Shown here piece by piece: positions 29,821 to 39,761 of a stretch of DNA of 64,000 nt. Source of the stretch: an uncultured Myxococcales bacterium (GTDB taxonomy: Bacteria; Myxococcota; UBA4151); NCBI GenBank assembly GCA_964013405.1, contig CAXGWI010000006.1:9266-73265 (forward strand), in the 5' to 3' direction. The notes under the pieces are model-generated. The model had not been told where the DNA came from. It was given only the letters and a program-made list of their open reading frames with translations, and ran no database searches. The translations under genes and the position numbers were made by a program. Every line of letters begins with the position of its first letter. The stretch's first letter is position 1.

Positions 29821-30589
29821 GGCCGAATCCAAACGCAGTTGGCATCAGGAGGATGCGGCCCTACGGAATCGCCGCCAGCGCCCCCTCCCCAAGGTCAGCC
29901 CTGCAGCCAGTGCGGGCACGGATGGCAAGCAATACGCCAAATTGATCGACCACACCCTGTTGAAGCCCGAGGCCAGTGAACAGCAGTTGGCTAAAGTCTG
30001 CCAAGAAGCCCGGGAGCACGGCTTCTACTCGGTCTGTGTGAACTCCTGCAATGTCCGCTTCGTGGCCAAGCAACTGGCCGGATGTGACACACTGCCCATC
30101 GCTGTTGTCGGCTTCCCGCTGGGGGCCCAGCGCCCAGATGCGAAGGCCTATGAAGCTCGGCAGGCCATCCGGGACGGGGCCCAAGAAATCGATATGGTCG
30201 TCAACTTGGGGGCACTGAAGTCCAAAAACTATGCCCTCGTGCTCGAAGATATTCGCGCCGTCGTGGAGGCCAGTGCGCCATTGCCAGTCAAGGTGATCTT
30301 AGAGACCGCCCAACTCGACGAAGAAGAAAAAGTGATCGTCTGCGCGCTGACCAGTGCGGCGAGAGCGGCATTCGTGAAAACCAGTACGGGCTTTAGCACG
30401 GGTGGTGCCACCATCGACGATGTGAGCTTAATGCGGCGGGTCGTCGGTGGCGAGATGGGCGTCAAAGCCAGTGGTGGCGTGCGCAATGCCGCCGATGCCG
30501 CGGCTATGGTCGCAGCCGGTGCGACTCGCCTCGGCTGCAGCAGTTCGGTAGCCGTGGTCACCGGCGGTACAGCCAGCGGAAACTACTGA
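29747..30589 (+). CDS. deoC: Deoxyribose-phosphate aldolase with ~60-aa N-terminal extension
   Basis: LIDHTLLKP, VVGFPLG, EIDMV, VKVILET, FVKTSTGF (Schiff-base Lys), VKASGGVR, GATRLG. Confidence 0.97.
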   Translation: MSNQDQLVQAITQEVEKRLQAMRPEAESKRSWHQEDAALRNRRQRPLPKVSPAASAGTDGKQYAKLIDHTLLKPEASEQQLAKVCQEAREHGFYSVCVNSCNVRFVAKQLAGCDTLPIAVVGFPLGAQRPDAKAYEARQAIRDGAQEIDMVVNLGALKSKNYALVLEDIRAVVEASAPLPVKVILETAQLDEEEKVIVCALTSAARAAFVKTSTGFSTGGATIDDVSLMRRVVGGEMGVKASGGVRNAADAAAMVAAGATRLGCSSSVAVVTGGTASGNY

Positions 30590-30591
30590 GC

Positions 30592-31893
30592 ATGGATGTC
30601 CGCAGTCTGATTCAGCAAAAACGGGATGGTGCTGCGCTGAGCGAAGCGCAGATTCAGAGCATTATCGATGCTTATGTCCGGGGCACCATGGCCGACTACC
30701 AAATGAGCGCTTTGGCCATGGCCATCTTTTACCAGGGCCTCAACGACGACGAACTCCAGGCTTGGACCACGGCCATGGTGAACTCGGGGGTGCGCCTCAA
30801 GATGGCCTCGGTACCTGGGGCCAAGGTGGATAAACACTCCACAGGTGGGGTGGGCGACAAGATGAGCATTCCCCTCGCCCCCTTGGTGGCAGCTTGTGGC
30901 GCCCAGGTCCCTATGATCAGTGGGCGAGGGCTCGGACTCACCGGTGGGACGCTGGATAAACTCGAAAGCATCCCTGGTTTTCAAACCCGCCTCGAAGAGG
31001 CCGACTTTGAACGGGCGGTGGCTGAGAATGGTTGTGCCATCGTGGGTCAAACCGATGATCTCGTGCCCGCCGACCGAAAACTGTATGCCCTGCGAGACGT
31101 CACCGGCACCGTCGCCTGTGAGCCGCTGATCGTCAGCTCGATCCTCAGCAAAAAGGTAGCCGAAGGCATCGACTCCCTCATTCTCGATGTCAAATGTGGC
31201 TCCGGTGCGTTCATGAAAGAGATCAGCGCAGCCCGAAGCCTGGCCACTCGATTGGTCGCCACGGCAAAAGGGCAGGGCCTGCAATGCGGCGCCCTGATCA
31301 CCGACATGAACCAGCCCATTGGGACCATGGTCGGGAACGCCCTGGAGATTCGCGAAAGTATCGCCCTCCTCAAAGGGGAAGGCCCCCAAGACAGTTGGAA
31401 CCTCATCCTTGAACTGGGAAGCCGCATGCTGGTCTACGCTCGGGAGGCCCGCAGCATCGATGATGGCAAGGAACTTCTTGAGAGCGCCCAGCGACGGGGA
31501 AGAGCCCTGGCCCGCTTCGAGGAGATGATCGAGATTCAAGGGGGAAACCCGGCGATCATCGACAATCCGGACCTCTTACCCACCGCCAACGCACGGGTTG
31601 AGGTCAAAGCCGAGCGAGATGGACTCCTGGCCGCCTGGAACGCAACCGATGTGGCCCGGGCCGCCTCCGTGCTTGGCGCGGGCCGGCAGAAGGTCGAGGA
31701 CCAAGTCGATCCCGCAGTCGGCGTCGAGCTGCTTGTGGAACCGGGGCAAAAGATTGGCTCGGGCGATGTGCTTGCCCTGCTGCACGTGAACGACAAAGGC
31801 CGTGCGGAAGCCGAAGCATTGGTACGACAAGCGGCTCAATTCGAAGGCCCGGTCCAACTGCGCAAAGACCGAGTTCTGGACTGGATCGAGTGA
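30592..31893 (+). CDS. pdp: Thymidine / pyrimidine-nucleoside phosphorylase
   Basis: DKHSTGGVGDK, SGRGLGLTGGTLDKLE (Leu where His is usual), ADRKLYALRDVT, SILSKK, LDVKCGSGAFM. Confidence 0.95.
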   Translation: MDVRSLIQQKRDGAALSEAQIQSIIDAYVRGTMADYQMSALAMAIFYQGLNDDELQAWTTAMVNSGVRLKMASVPGAKVDKHSTGGVGDKMSIPLAPLVAACGAQVPMISGRGLGLTGGTLDKLESIPGFQTRLEEADFERAVAENGCAIVGQTDDLVPADRKLYALRDVTGTVACEPLIVSSILSKKVAEGIDSLILDVKCGSGAFMKEISAARSLATRLVATAKGQGLQCGALITDMNQPIGTMVGNALEIRESIALLKGEGPQDSWNLILELGSRMLVYAREARSIDDGKELLESAQRRGRALARFEEMIEIQGGNPAIIDNPDLLPTANARVEVKAERDGLLAAWNATDVARAASVLGAGRQKVEDQVDPAVGVELLVEPGQKIGSGDVLALLHVNDKGRAEAEALVRQAAQFEGPVQLRKDRVLDWIE

Positions 31894-33377
31894 ACCTCCT
31901 CTTTGCGGCGCTGATGCTTGCTGCCCCCCCTGAGGCTGCCTCACCCCCGCCCCTTCCCGCTCCCAGCCAGGTCCTCAACCTGAAGGTCGAGTTGCGTAAA
32001 CTCCACCGAGTCGCCAGCGGCGAAAGCAGTACCAGCACGCCAGTCCCCGTGGCCACCGACCCCTGGCGGCGGGCCGTGAGCGGGATGGGACTCCTGGTCA
32101 TGATCGGCTTGGCCTGGCTCATCAGCACCAAGCGCCGATCCGTCGATTGGCGCCTTGTGGCGGTGGGCGCAGCCCTGCAAGTCGTCTTCGGTCTCATCGT
32201 GTTAAAAACGAGCGGTGGTGAGTGGTTTTTTAGTCAACTCAACGACGCCGTGAACAGCTTTCTCTCCTACTCGACAGAAGGCGCTCGTTTTCTCTTCGGT
32301 AACCTCGTGCAGAACAACATCCCCACGGGAACCCCGGTGGCCGACCCGACCATGGGCCCGGTTTTAGACTTCAATCAAACCGGCTGGGCCAATGCGGGGG
32401 CCTATTTCGCCTTTGGCGTGCTGCCCACCTTGATCTTCTTTTCCAGCGTCATGGGCGTCCTCTACCACCTCGGTGTCATGCAGAAACTGGTGGGCTGGGT
32501 CGCCTGGGTGATGCGCAAAACCCTGCGTACCAGTGGTGCAGAGAGCTTGTCGGCCGGCGGCAACATCTTCCTTGGACAAACCGAAAGCCCTCTGCTGATT
32601 CGCCCCTATGTCTCGAAGATGACCGAGAGCGAGTTGATGGCTGTCATGGTCGGTGGCTTCGCCACGGTCGCCGGGGGCGTCATGGGAGCCTTCGTCCTCA
32701 TGCTGCGGGGCTACTTTCCAGACATCGCTGGTCACTTGATCGCCGCTTCGGTCATGAGTGCTCCCGCAGCCTTGGTGATGGCGAAAATCATGGTTCCAGA
32801 AACCGGCCAGCCTCTGACCCAGGAGGGGGTTGAGCATAAGTTTGACAAAGAGAGTGTCAACGTCATCGATGCGGCCGCTCGGGGCGCCGGCGATGGACTG
32901 ATGCTGGCCCTCAATGTGGGCGCGATGTTGATCGCCTTCGTCGCCCTTGTCGCCATGATGAATGCGGGCTTTGTGGCCCTGGGCGACACCTTCGGCATGG
33001 ACCAACCGCTCACCATGGAGCGTATTCTCGGCTGGATACTCGCCCCCCTCGCTTGGGTCATGGGCTGCGACTGGGCCGACGCCAGTTTTGTCGGCAGCCA
33101 ACTGGGCGTCAAAACCGTGGTGAATGAATTTGTCGCCTACCTCAACTTGGCCGGAAACATGGCCAGCGATCAGCCGATCTCGGGACGCTCCGCGGTCATC
33201 CTGACCTATGCCCTTTGCGGTTTCGCCAACTTCAGCTCCATCGCCATTCAAATCGGTGGGATCGGCGCCATCGCACCGGAACGCCGCAGCGACCTCGCCC
33301 GCCTGGGATTACGAGCGATGATCGGCGGCAACTTGGCAGCTTTTATGACCGCCTGTGTCGTGGGGATGATCCTCTAG
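31890..33377 (+). CDS. nupC: Concentrative nucleoside transporter (CNT/NupC family)
   Basis: FAFGVLPTLIFFSS, SGAESL, FLGQTESPL, GFATVAGG, NEFVAY, YALCGFANFSS. Confidence 0.96.
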   Translation: MNLLFAALMLAAPPEAASPPPLPAPSQVLNLKVELRKLHRVASGESSTSTPVPVATDPWRRAVSGMGLLVMIGLAWLISTKRRSVDWRLVAVGAALQVVFGLIVLKTSGGEWFFSQLNDAVNSFLSYSTEGARFLFGNLVQNNIPTGTPVADPTMGPVLDFNQTGWANAGAYFAFGVLPTLIFFSSVMGVLYHLGVMQKLVGWVAWVMRKTLRTSGAESLSAGGNIFLGQTESPLLIRPYVSKMTESELMAVMVGGFATVAGGVMGAFVLMLRGYFPDIAGHLIAASVMSAPAALVMAKIMVPETGQPLTQEGVEHKFDKESVNVIDAAARGAGDGLMLALNVGAMLIAFVALVAMMNAGFVALGDTFGMDQPLTMERILGWILAPLAWVMGCDWADASFVGSQLGVKTVVNEFVAYLNLAGNMASDQPISGRSAVILTYALCGFANFSSIAIQIGGIGAIAPERRSDLARLGLRAMIGGNLAAFMTACVVGMIL

Positions 33378-33444
33378 ACTGAACAATCTGTGCAATTGGG
33401 CCGACCCATTGCTCTAAGGAAAGAGATCCTTAAGGGAGAAGCCT

Positions 33445-34293
33445 ATGACCAGCCCGGCAGAGATTCTGAGTCTCGTGGAGGCGGCGGCGACCCAGATCCG
33501 ACAGCGGAGTTCGATCGCACCCAAGGTGGCGCTGGTGCTCGGGAGCGGACTGAATATTCTTGAAGAAGGCGTCGATGGCGACCGCATCCCATATAGCGAC
33601 CTGCCGGGCTTCCATGTGCCCACCGTCTCCGGCCACAGTGGTCAGTTGGTCCTGGCCAACCTCAACGCAGTGCCAGTGATGATATTTTCCGGCCGGCCCC
33701 ATCTCTACGAAGGCACCGAGCCCTGGCGCCTCGGCCTCCTTCCCCGGCTCGCAAAAGCCATGGGAGCGACGGCTTTTCTCGTCACCAATGCCGCCGGTGG
33801 TATCCCCGGCAAAGGGGTGCAGACCGGCGATCTCATGCGCATCACTGATCACATTAATCTCCAGGGTAGAAACCCCCTGATCGGTCCCCACGACGATCAG
33901 CTCGGTGCTCGCTTTCCCGATATGGGAAGGGCCTACCACCGAAAGGGTGGGGAGCTCCTCGATGAACTTGCGGCCACCGCCGGCATCGGACTCAAAAAGG
34001 GCGTCTATGTGGGCGTCTTGGGCCCTTCTTATGAAACCCCTGCGGAAGTGCGCATGTATGGGCAGATGGGCGGACACGCGATCGGCATGAGCACGGTGGG
34101 CGAAGTGACGGTGGCGAATCAGGTGGGACTGTGCGTGGCCGGCATCTCCTGTATTTCAAACATCGCTGGCGGTAACGATGGCACCGACGTGCTCAGTCAT
34201 GCAGAGGTCAAAGATGCGGTCGCCGCGGCTGGCAATGACATTCGCCGCCTGATCCGAGACGCTCTGCCGGGCCTAAGCCAACTGGCGCCCTAA
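33445..34293 (+). CDS. punA: Purine-nucleoside phosphorylase (trimeric PunA/XapA type)
   Basis: VLGSGL, GRPHLYEG, TNAAGG, DHIN, GPSYETPAE, GMSTV, ISN (6-oxopurine-type Asn). Confidence 0.93.
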   Translation: MTSPAEILSLVEAAATQIRQRSSIAPKVALVLGSGLNILEEGVDGDRIPYSDLPGFHVPTVSGHSGQLVLANLNAVPVMIFSGRPHLYEGTEPWRLGLLPRLAKAMGATAFLVTNAAGGIPGKGVQTGDLMRITDHINLQGRNPLIGPHDDQLGARFPDMGRAYHRKGGELLDELAATAGIGLKKGVYVGVLGPSYETPAEVRMYGQMGGHAIGMSTVGEVTVANQVGLCVAGISCISNIAGGNDGTDVLSHAEVKDAVAAAGNDIRRLIRDALPGLSQLAP

Positions 34294-34400
34294 AAAAGAG
34301 TGCCCAAAGGGCACGGGCGCGATTGACGAAAATCTGGGCACTCCTGTACCCCCGACGGGTGGGGACCGGTTAGGGAACTGGTCCGCTTTGGGACGATGGG

Positions 34401-35591
34401 ATGAATTTGGCAAACCTCCCGCTCTGGGTTCTCCTTCTGGTCGGTGGACTGATCGTAGTCTCTGCGGTCATGATCGGGATGAAAATCGGGCGCACAAAAG
34501 GATACGCTCGCGGTCGTCGAGTGGAGCGCCGAGTCCAAAAAAGAAAGCAGCGCCGAGCCGCGGCTCGGGCCGAGTCAGAAGTGGAAGCCACCGACATCCA
34601 CGACAGCCAATTGGGCGCAGAACTGCCCAGTGCCGACCTGAACGAACTCGACGTGGATGCGGTGATGCCGGTGGTGCGAGACCACTTAGACGAGATCCTT
34701 CTCCGCCTCGAAGAGGAAGGCACCTACAGCGAAACCGAGACCCGCAAAGAGTTGATCTGGAAGAACAGTGTCCTCGACGCCTACGTGGGCAAGCACGTGC
34801 TTCATCGGCTCGAAGAAGAGCGCCGGGGCAAGGCGCTCATTGCGGGCCAACTCAACATCGCTGATGCCGGCGAATGTACCATTCTCTTTATGGATCTACG
34901 GGGTTTTACCGCGGTCACTCAACAACTGGGTCCCAGCATCACCCCCTTGCTCATCAACTACTACCTCAAGTCCGTCACCCGCGTGATTCACGCTTTTGGT
35001 GGCACCGTCGATAAGTTCATCGGCGACTGTGTGATGGCCACCTGGGGTCTGCCCCATGAGCATCCCACAGGGCCCCTGTCCGCGGTCCAATGCGGACGGG
35101 CCATGGTCGAAGCGGTCGAGACGGTGAACTCCTTCCTCTTTGACGAGATTCAGAAAGCGGGGCTTCGGGTGACCGAGGAAGGGGCTGTGACAAAGAAGTC
35201 GAAGAAGAAGATCGGCGACGATCAAGCGGACTATGAGCGTAAGCTGAAGGGGGTGGCCCAGAAGCTACTCCACCCCTCCATTGGCATTGCCACTGGCCTT
35301 GTCGCTGGCCTGTCCATGGGCGGCCCCGAGCGGCGCTCTTACTCGGTGATCGGCAAAGCCGTGAATCGGGCGGCCCGTTTAGAGGCCGCTACCCGCAAAG
35401 AGAACTGCGACTTGCTTATCGACAACGAGACCTATGAGATCATTAAACAGGAAGGGGCAGCCGCGGACATGAAGCGGGCCGACCTACGAGACCTCAAGGG
35501 TCTTGGCTATCGGCAAGCCTGGCAGTGGAGTCGCTCCACCGTGGGCAGTCTCCACGACCCAGACGCCCCTATCTCGGTAGACCCTCTGTGA
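34401..35591 (+). CDS. Class III adenylate/guanylate cyclase with a single N-terminal TM helix
   Basis: FMDLRGFT, DKFIGDCVMA, YSVIGKAVNRAARLE; the Lys/Ser specificity pair suggests ATP. Confidence 0.92.
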   Translation: MNLANLPLWVLLLVGGLIVVSAVMIGMKIGRTKGYARGRRVERRVQKRKQRRAAARAESEVEATDIHDSQLGAELPSADLNELDVDAVMPVVRDHLDEILLRLEEEGTYSETETRKELIWKNSVLDAYVGKHVLHRLEEERRGKALIAGQLNIADAGECTILFMDLRGFTAVTQQLGPSITPLLINYYLKSVTRVIHAFGGTVDKFIGDCVMATWGLPHEHPTGPLSAVQCGRAMVEAVETVNSFLFDEIQKAGLRVTEEGAVTKKSKKKIGDDQADYERKLKGVAQKLLHPSIGIATGLVAGLSMGGPERRSYSVIGKAVNRAARLEAATRKENCDLLIDNETYEIIKQEGAAADMKRADLRDLKGLGYRQAWQWSRSTVGSLHDPDAPISVDPL

Positions 35592-36616
35592 AATCACTCC
35601 CATTCGCCCTCGTTGGGGCGCTGCTCCTCGCCGGCTGCGCTGCGCCTCAGAAGCCGCCCCCCCGCCGGGAAGCGCCCAGCTTTCCCCCGCTCCCCTCGGC
35701 CCTTCCGGCGCCGCCCGAAGCGAGCGAGTTGCCCAAGATTGTGGACAGCTCCCTGCAGTTCTTCTTCAGCCCCCCGCGCCAAAACGGAAAGGTCCGGGTC
35801 CGGGTTGAGTTCAAGGTCAACGGCTATCTGGAGGCCGATGACCTGGTCGCTCTTGAATTGACCAAGCGGCGACGCCCGGTCGGTCGACGCCTGGAGTGCC
35901 CCCAGCGACGAAGCGCCCGCAGCGGGGTCACCGTCGAATGCACCGCAAAAAGCGACTCTACCGCCGGCGAAATCCCTGTCAGCGCAGGAACCTATGACTT
36001 CCTGATCTCTCTGAAGCGGGAGGGGCGCTATAAGCCGCTGCGCCGAGGGCGCTTCCAGGTCTTTAAGTGCAGCGCGGGCGTCTGCCTCAATCGGGATGGC
36101 ATCCTCGGTGAGCATTGGGCCCACTTCGAGAATCGCAAGGACCCCCGCCTGGTGTTCCGCCTCGCGTTCAAGAGTCGCTCGGCCATGCCAGCAATGCATC
36201 CGGATCCCAAGCGACAAGCCAAGGCAAAAGCGGGGACCGCCGTGGAGACCCTGACCACCACCTGTTATGCGGGAAAAAAGAAGCTCGGGCGGAGCTCCGA
36301 GAGCTTCATGGTTCTCGAGGATGACGGCGTCTGGGTTGAGTTACTGGCCCGCAGCGACCTCTTTCTTCAGGACCTCCAGGATCTGGGGAAGGGTCCCCTG
36401 CGCTGCAAGGTGAATTTGAATGCGAAGCCCTTTGCAGACCTGCGCTTAATTCTCGATGAGGATGGCGGTCTTGTGCCCCACCCGGCGCAGACAGGCGAGA
36501 AGGGACTTCAGAGCCCCTGGTGGTGGGTGAAAGCCTATCGTCCGGGCCGACAGGATTCCCGAGCGAAAGCCGGCGCTCGCAGCATTAAGCGACTGCGGCT
36601 CAACGGTCGCTTCTAG
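35588..36616 (+). CDS. Hypothetical lipoprotein
   Basis: GTG 35588 overlaps the cyclase stop; MKSLPFALVGALLLAG|C lipobox, Pro-rich linker, basic beta-rich body. Confidence 0.7.
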   Translation: MKSLPFALVGALLLAGCAAPQKPPPRREAPSFPPLPSALPAPPEASELPKIVDSSLQFFFSPPRQNGKVRVRVEFKVNGYLEADDLVALELTKRRRPVGRRLECPQRRSARSGVTVECTAKSDSTAGEIPVSAGTYDFLISLKREGRYKPLRRGRFQVFKCSAGVCLNRDGILGEHWAHFENRKDPRLVFRLAFKSRSAMPAMHPDPKRQAKAKAGTAVETLTTTCYAGKKKLGRSSESFMVLEDDGVWVELLARSDLFLQDLQDLGKGPLRCKVNLNAKPFADLRLILDEDGGLVPHPAQTGEKGLQSPWWWVKAYRPGRQDSRAKAGARSIKRLRLNGRF

Positions 36617-37395
36617 GCCAGTTGAATCTGGTCTGCACCGTGAAGGCCGGCCGGATAAATGGTCTGAATCGCGGCTCGGCTGGCCTCAGGGTCATCGGTA
36701 AAACACAGACGGGTTCGTCCGGCGCCGGATCGGGCATCGGGGTACATCCTATAAAGAGACTGGGCCACCGCCTCGCTGGAGTCGATGATGGCGAGGCCTT
36801 CGGGGAGTCGAGCCGCAAGATGGTCTTTCAAGACCGGGTAGTGGGTACAGCCTAGAATCAGCGCCGCCGGCGTTGGCTGAAGCAGATCACTCAAATAGTG
36901 GTCGATCACACCATCGAGAACGACACCCGGGGGCCAGCCCTCCTCGACGAGGGGGACAAAGAGCGGGCAGGCCCGCTGGCGGATCTGGCGACCGGGCAGG
37001 GTCTCATTCAAGGCCCGAAGATAAGCTTGGGAGCTGACGGTTCCCCGGGTGGCGAGCACCAAAATGGGGCCCTTTGAGTGGGCGGCGGCGGCCGCTGACG
37101 CTGCCCCTGCGAGCACCACACCCGTCACCGGTAGAGGCGAACAAGCTGTGCGCACGGCCTCGGCCCCGTAGGCACTGGCTGTATTGCACGCGATCACCAG
37201 ATGGTCACAACCCTGATCCACGAGCCACTGGGCACATTCGAGAGCGTATTGCTTGACCGTCTTTGCGCCACGCCCACCGTAGGGAACCCGGGCCGTATCC
37301 CCCAAGTAGAGCAAATCGGCCCCGGGCAAACGAGCCCGGATAGCCGCAAGCACGGTCAGTCCGCCCACGCCGGAGTCAAAAATACCGATTCTCAC
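36613..37395 (-). CDS. murI: Glutamate racemase
   Basis: FDSGVGG, GDTARVPYG, ACNTAS, GCTHY (both catalytic Cys present). Confidence 0.97.
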   Translation of the reverse strand: MRIGIFDSGVGGLTVLAAIRARLPGADLLYLGDTARVPYGGRGAKTVKQYALECAQWLVDQGCDHLVIACNTASAYGAEAVRTACSPLPVTGVVLAGAASAAAAAHSKGPILVLATRGTVSSQAYLRALNETLPGRQIRQRACPLFVPLVEEGWPPGVVLDGVIDHYLSDLLQPTPAALILGCTHYPVLKDHLAARLPEGLAIIDSSEAVAQSLYRMYPDARSGAGRTRLCFTDDPEASRAAIQTIYPAGLHGADQIQLA

Positions 37396-38696
37396 GAAGG
37401 ACGCCCGATGCAGTGATACCGAAAGCCCATGCGGCCCATCTTCTGCGGCGAATAGAGGTTGCGACCATCGATGATAATGGCTGCTTTCAAACTCGACTTG
37501 ATGCGTTCGAGATCGGGGGCTCGGTAATCGGACCAGTCGGTAAAGATGACCAGCGCGTCGGCCCCCTCGAGGGCATCATAAGCGCCTTGGGCGTAGTGCA
37601 CCCCCGCAGGGAGTTCCTTGCGGGCATTGTCCATGGCCACGGGATCGTGGGCTTGAACTCGTGCCCCCGCCTCCAAGAACGCAGGGATGCAGTAGAGGGC
37701 CGGTGCTTCCCGCATATCATCGGTCTTGGCTTTGAAGGCCAAGCCCCACACCGCCAGGGTTTTTCCCCTAAGGTCCGCACCAAGCACATCGTGGACTTTG
37801 CGAATCAAAATGCGCCGTTGTTCCTGATTGACCTGATCCGTCGCTTCGAGGAGTCGCAAGGGAACACCATGCCTACGACCGGTGTGGGCGAGAGCCTTCA
37901 CATCTTTAGGAAAACAGGAGCCCCCATAACCACAGCCCGCATAGAGAAAGGCGGGCCCGATGCGGGAATCACTGCCGATCCCGAAACGAATCTCTTCGAT
38001 ATCGGCCCCCACTTCATCACAAAGACGAGCCATTTCATTCATGAAGGAGATCCGCGTCGCCAACATGCCGTTCGCCGCGTACTTCGTCATCTCCGCGGAA
38101 CGAACGCCCATGGTTAGCGTCCTGCGCTCCTTACGGTTGAAGGGTTCGTAGAGGGCTTCGAGTTCCTCACGGCTTTGCTCGTCCTCGACCCCGAGAATAA
38201 TGCGATCCGGGCGAGTGAAGTCGTTGACCGCATCGCCTTCCTTCAAAAATTCCGGGTTGGAGGCGACCCGGTGGGCGAGATCACTATGGGCTTCAAGAAT
38301 GCGACGGACCCGATCGGCTGTGCCGACGGGAACGGTCGACTTGGTGACCACCAACTTGGCGTCTGTGGCCGCTTGGGCAATCTGGCGAGCCACCACCTCG
38401 ACGGCTGCCAAATCGGCACTGCCATCCTCGTCTTGGGGCGTACCGACCGCGATCATCACCACGGTGGCATGGCGAATTCCTTCGGCGAGGTCGGTGGTAA
38501 AGAACAGTCGTTCACGAGCCTGAGTCCGCTGGACGATCCGCTCGAGACCTGGCTCGAAAATGGGGACTTCACCGGCCTGGAGGCGCGCTATTTTCTCCCC
38601 GTCGATATCGATGCAAGTGACATGGTTACCAGCGTCTGCGAGGCAAGCTCCGCTGACCAACCCCACATAGCCCGTACCAATGACCGCCAGTTTCAT
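37392..38696 (-). CDS. ugd: UDP-glucose 6-dehydrogenase
   Basis: Start MKLAVIGTGYVG at 38696; KSTVPVGT, SNPEFLKEG, GYGGSCFPKD, GLAFK..TDDMRE, IIDGRN. Confidence 0.97.
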   Translation of the reverse strand: MKLAVIGTGYVGLVSGACLADAGNHVTCIDIDGEKIARLQAGEVPIFEPGLERIVQRTQARERLFFTTDLAEGIRHATVVMIAVGTPQDEDGSADLAAVEVVARQIAQAATDAKLVVTKSTVPVGTADRVRRILEAHSDLAHRVASNPEFLKEGDAVNDFTRPDRIILGVEDEQSREELEALYEPFNRKERRTLTMGVRSAEMTKYAANGMLATRISFMNEMARLCDEVGADIEEIRFGIGSDSRIGPAFLYAGCGYGGSCFPKDVKALAHTGRRHGVPLRLLEATDQVNQEQRRILIRKVHDVLGADLRGKTLAVWGLAFKAKTDDMREAPALYCIPAFLEAGARVQAHDPVAMDNARKELPAGVHYAQGAYDALEGADALVIFTDWSDYRAPDLERIKSSLKAAIIIDGRNLYSPQKMGRMGFRYHCIGRPS

Positions 38697-38804
38697 CCGC
38701 CACCCCTCGTCTGGGCAGCGATAACGGCGGGATAGCCGGCGAGCAAGGTATATGACCCCTCCACGGCGGTTGACAGGCCGGCCTGGACAGGGAAGCAAGT
38801 GAGC

Positions 38805-39761
38805 ATGGCAGTTCTCGTGACAGGTGGTGCAGGCTTTATCGGTTCCCATGTGGCCGAAGCCCTTTTAGCTCGGGGCGAGTCCGTGGTGGTGGTCGACAAT
38901 CTCAACAGCTTTTACGACCCCCAATTGAAGCGCCAGAACCTGGAAGCCATCGATCACCCCCAACTCAAGGTGATCATTGGCGATCTCGCCGATGGAGACA
39001 TCCGAGCCCAGGGACTTGAGGGCGTGGATCGGGTGATTCATCTCGCCGCCAGCGCGGGGGTCCGACCCAGCATTGAAGACCCCGCAAAATACGTTCACCA
39101 GAACCTGATGATTCCCACCTTACTGCTGGAATCCATGCGCACAGCGGGCATCTCGAAGCTGGTCTGGGCCAGTTCCTCTTCCGTTTACGGCGATCACCTT
39201 GAGACCCCCTTTGCCGAGTCCGCTTCCGTGATGAAGCCTGTCAGCCCCTATGCGGCCACCAAAGTGGGCGGAGAGGCCCTCGCGGCCTGTTACAACCATC
39301 TCTACGGCATGGACATCACCAGCCTGCGTTTCTTTACGGTCTATGGCGAACGGCAACGCCCCGAGATGGCCATTCATAAGTTCGCCCGATTGATGATGCA
39401 GGATCGCCCGATTCCCCAGTTCGGGGATGGCAGCACGGCTCGAGATTACACCTATATCGGTGACATCGTTCCCGGTGTCTTGGCGGCCCTCGATCGCTTA
39501 GGCGGCTGCCACGTCTACAATCTTGGGGAGGCAGAGATGGTTCGTCTCGATCGCCTCATCGCCGCCATCGGCCAGGCCATCGGCAAGACACCAGTGGTCG
39601 AGGTCATGCCCCTCCAGCCGGGGGATGTGACCCGAACGAACGCGGCGATCCAGCGGGCTCAAACCGACCTGGACTACCAACCGACCACGTCCATTGAAGG
39701 GGGGCTCGCTCGCTTTGCCGACTGGTTTCTGGCCCGCCCGTGGCTCTGGCAAGACACATGA
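38805..39761 (+). CDS. NAD-dependent epimerase (probably UDP-glucuronate 4-epimerase)
   Basis: VTGGAGFIG, ASSSSVYG, YAATK, RFFTVYG, RPEMA, RDYTYI; divergent from ugd, which makes its likely substrate. Confidence 0.9.
   Translation: MAVLVTGGAGFIGSHVAEALLARGESVVVVDNLNSFYDPQLKRQNLEAIDHPQLKVIIGDLADGDIRAQGLEGVDRVIHLAASAGVRPSIEDPAKYVHQNLMIPTLLLESMRTAGISKLVWASSSSVYGDHLETPFAESASVMKPVSPYAATKVGGEALAACYNHLYGMDITSLRFFTVYGERQRPEMAIHKFARLMMQDRPIPQFGDGSTARDYTYIGDIVPGVLAALDRLGGCHVYNLGEAEMVRLDRLIAAIGQAIGKTPVVEVMPLQPGDVTRTNAAIQRAQTDLDYQPTTSIEGGLARFADWFLARPWLWQDT

Noticed and set aside
33392..33412. Intercistronic hairpin GCAATTGGG-CCGA-CCCATTGC between nupC and PNP
   Set aside because: Bulged, short and without a U tract; may stabilise mRNA but cannot be called a terminator.
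34291..34320. Hairpin GTGCCC-AAA-GGGCAC after the PNP gene as a terminator
   Set aside because: The A-run precedes the stem and there is no U tract on the sense strand; the stem is short.
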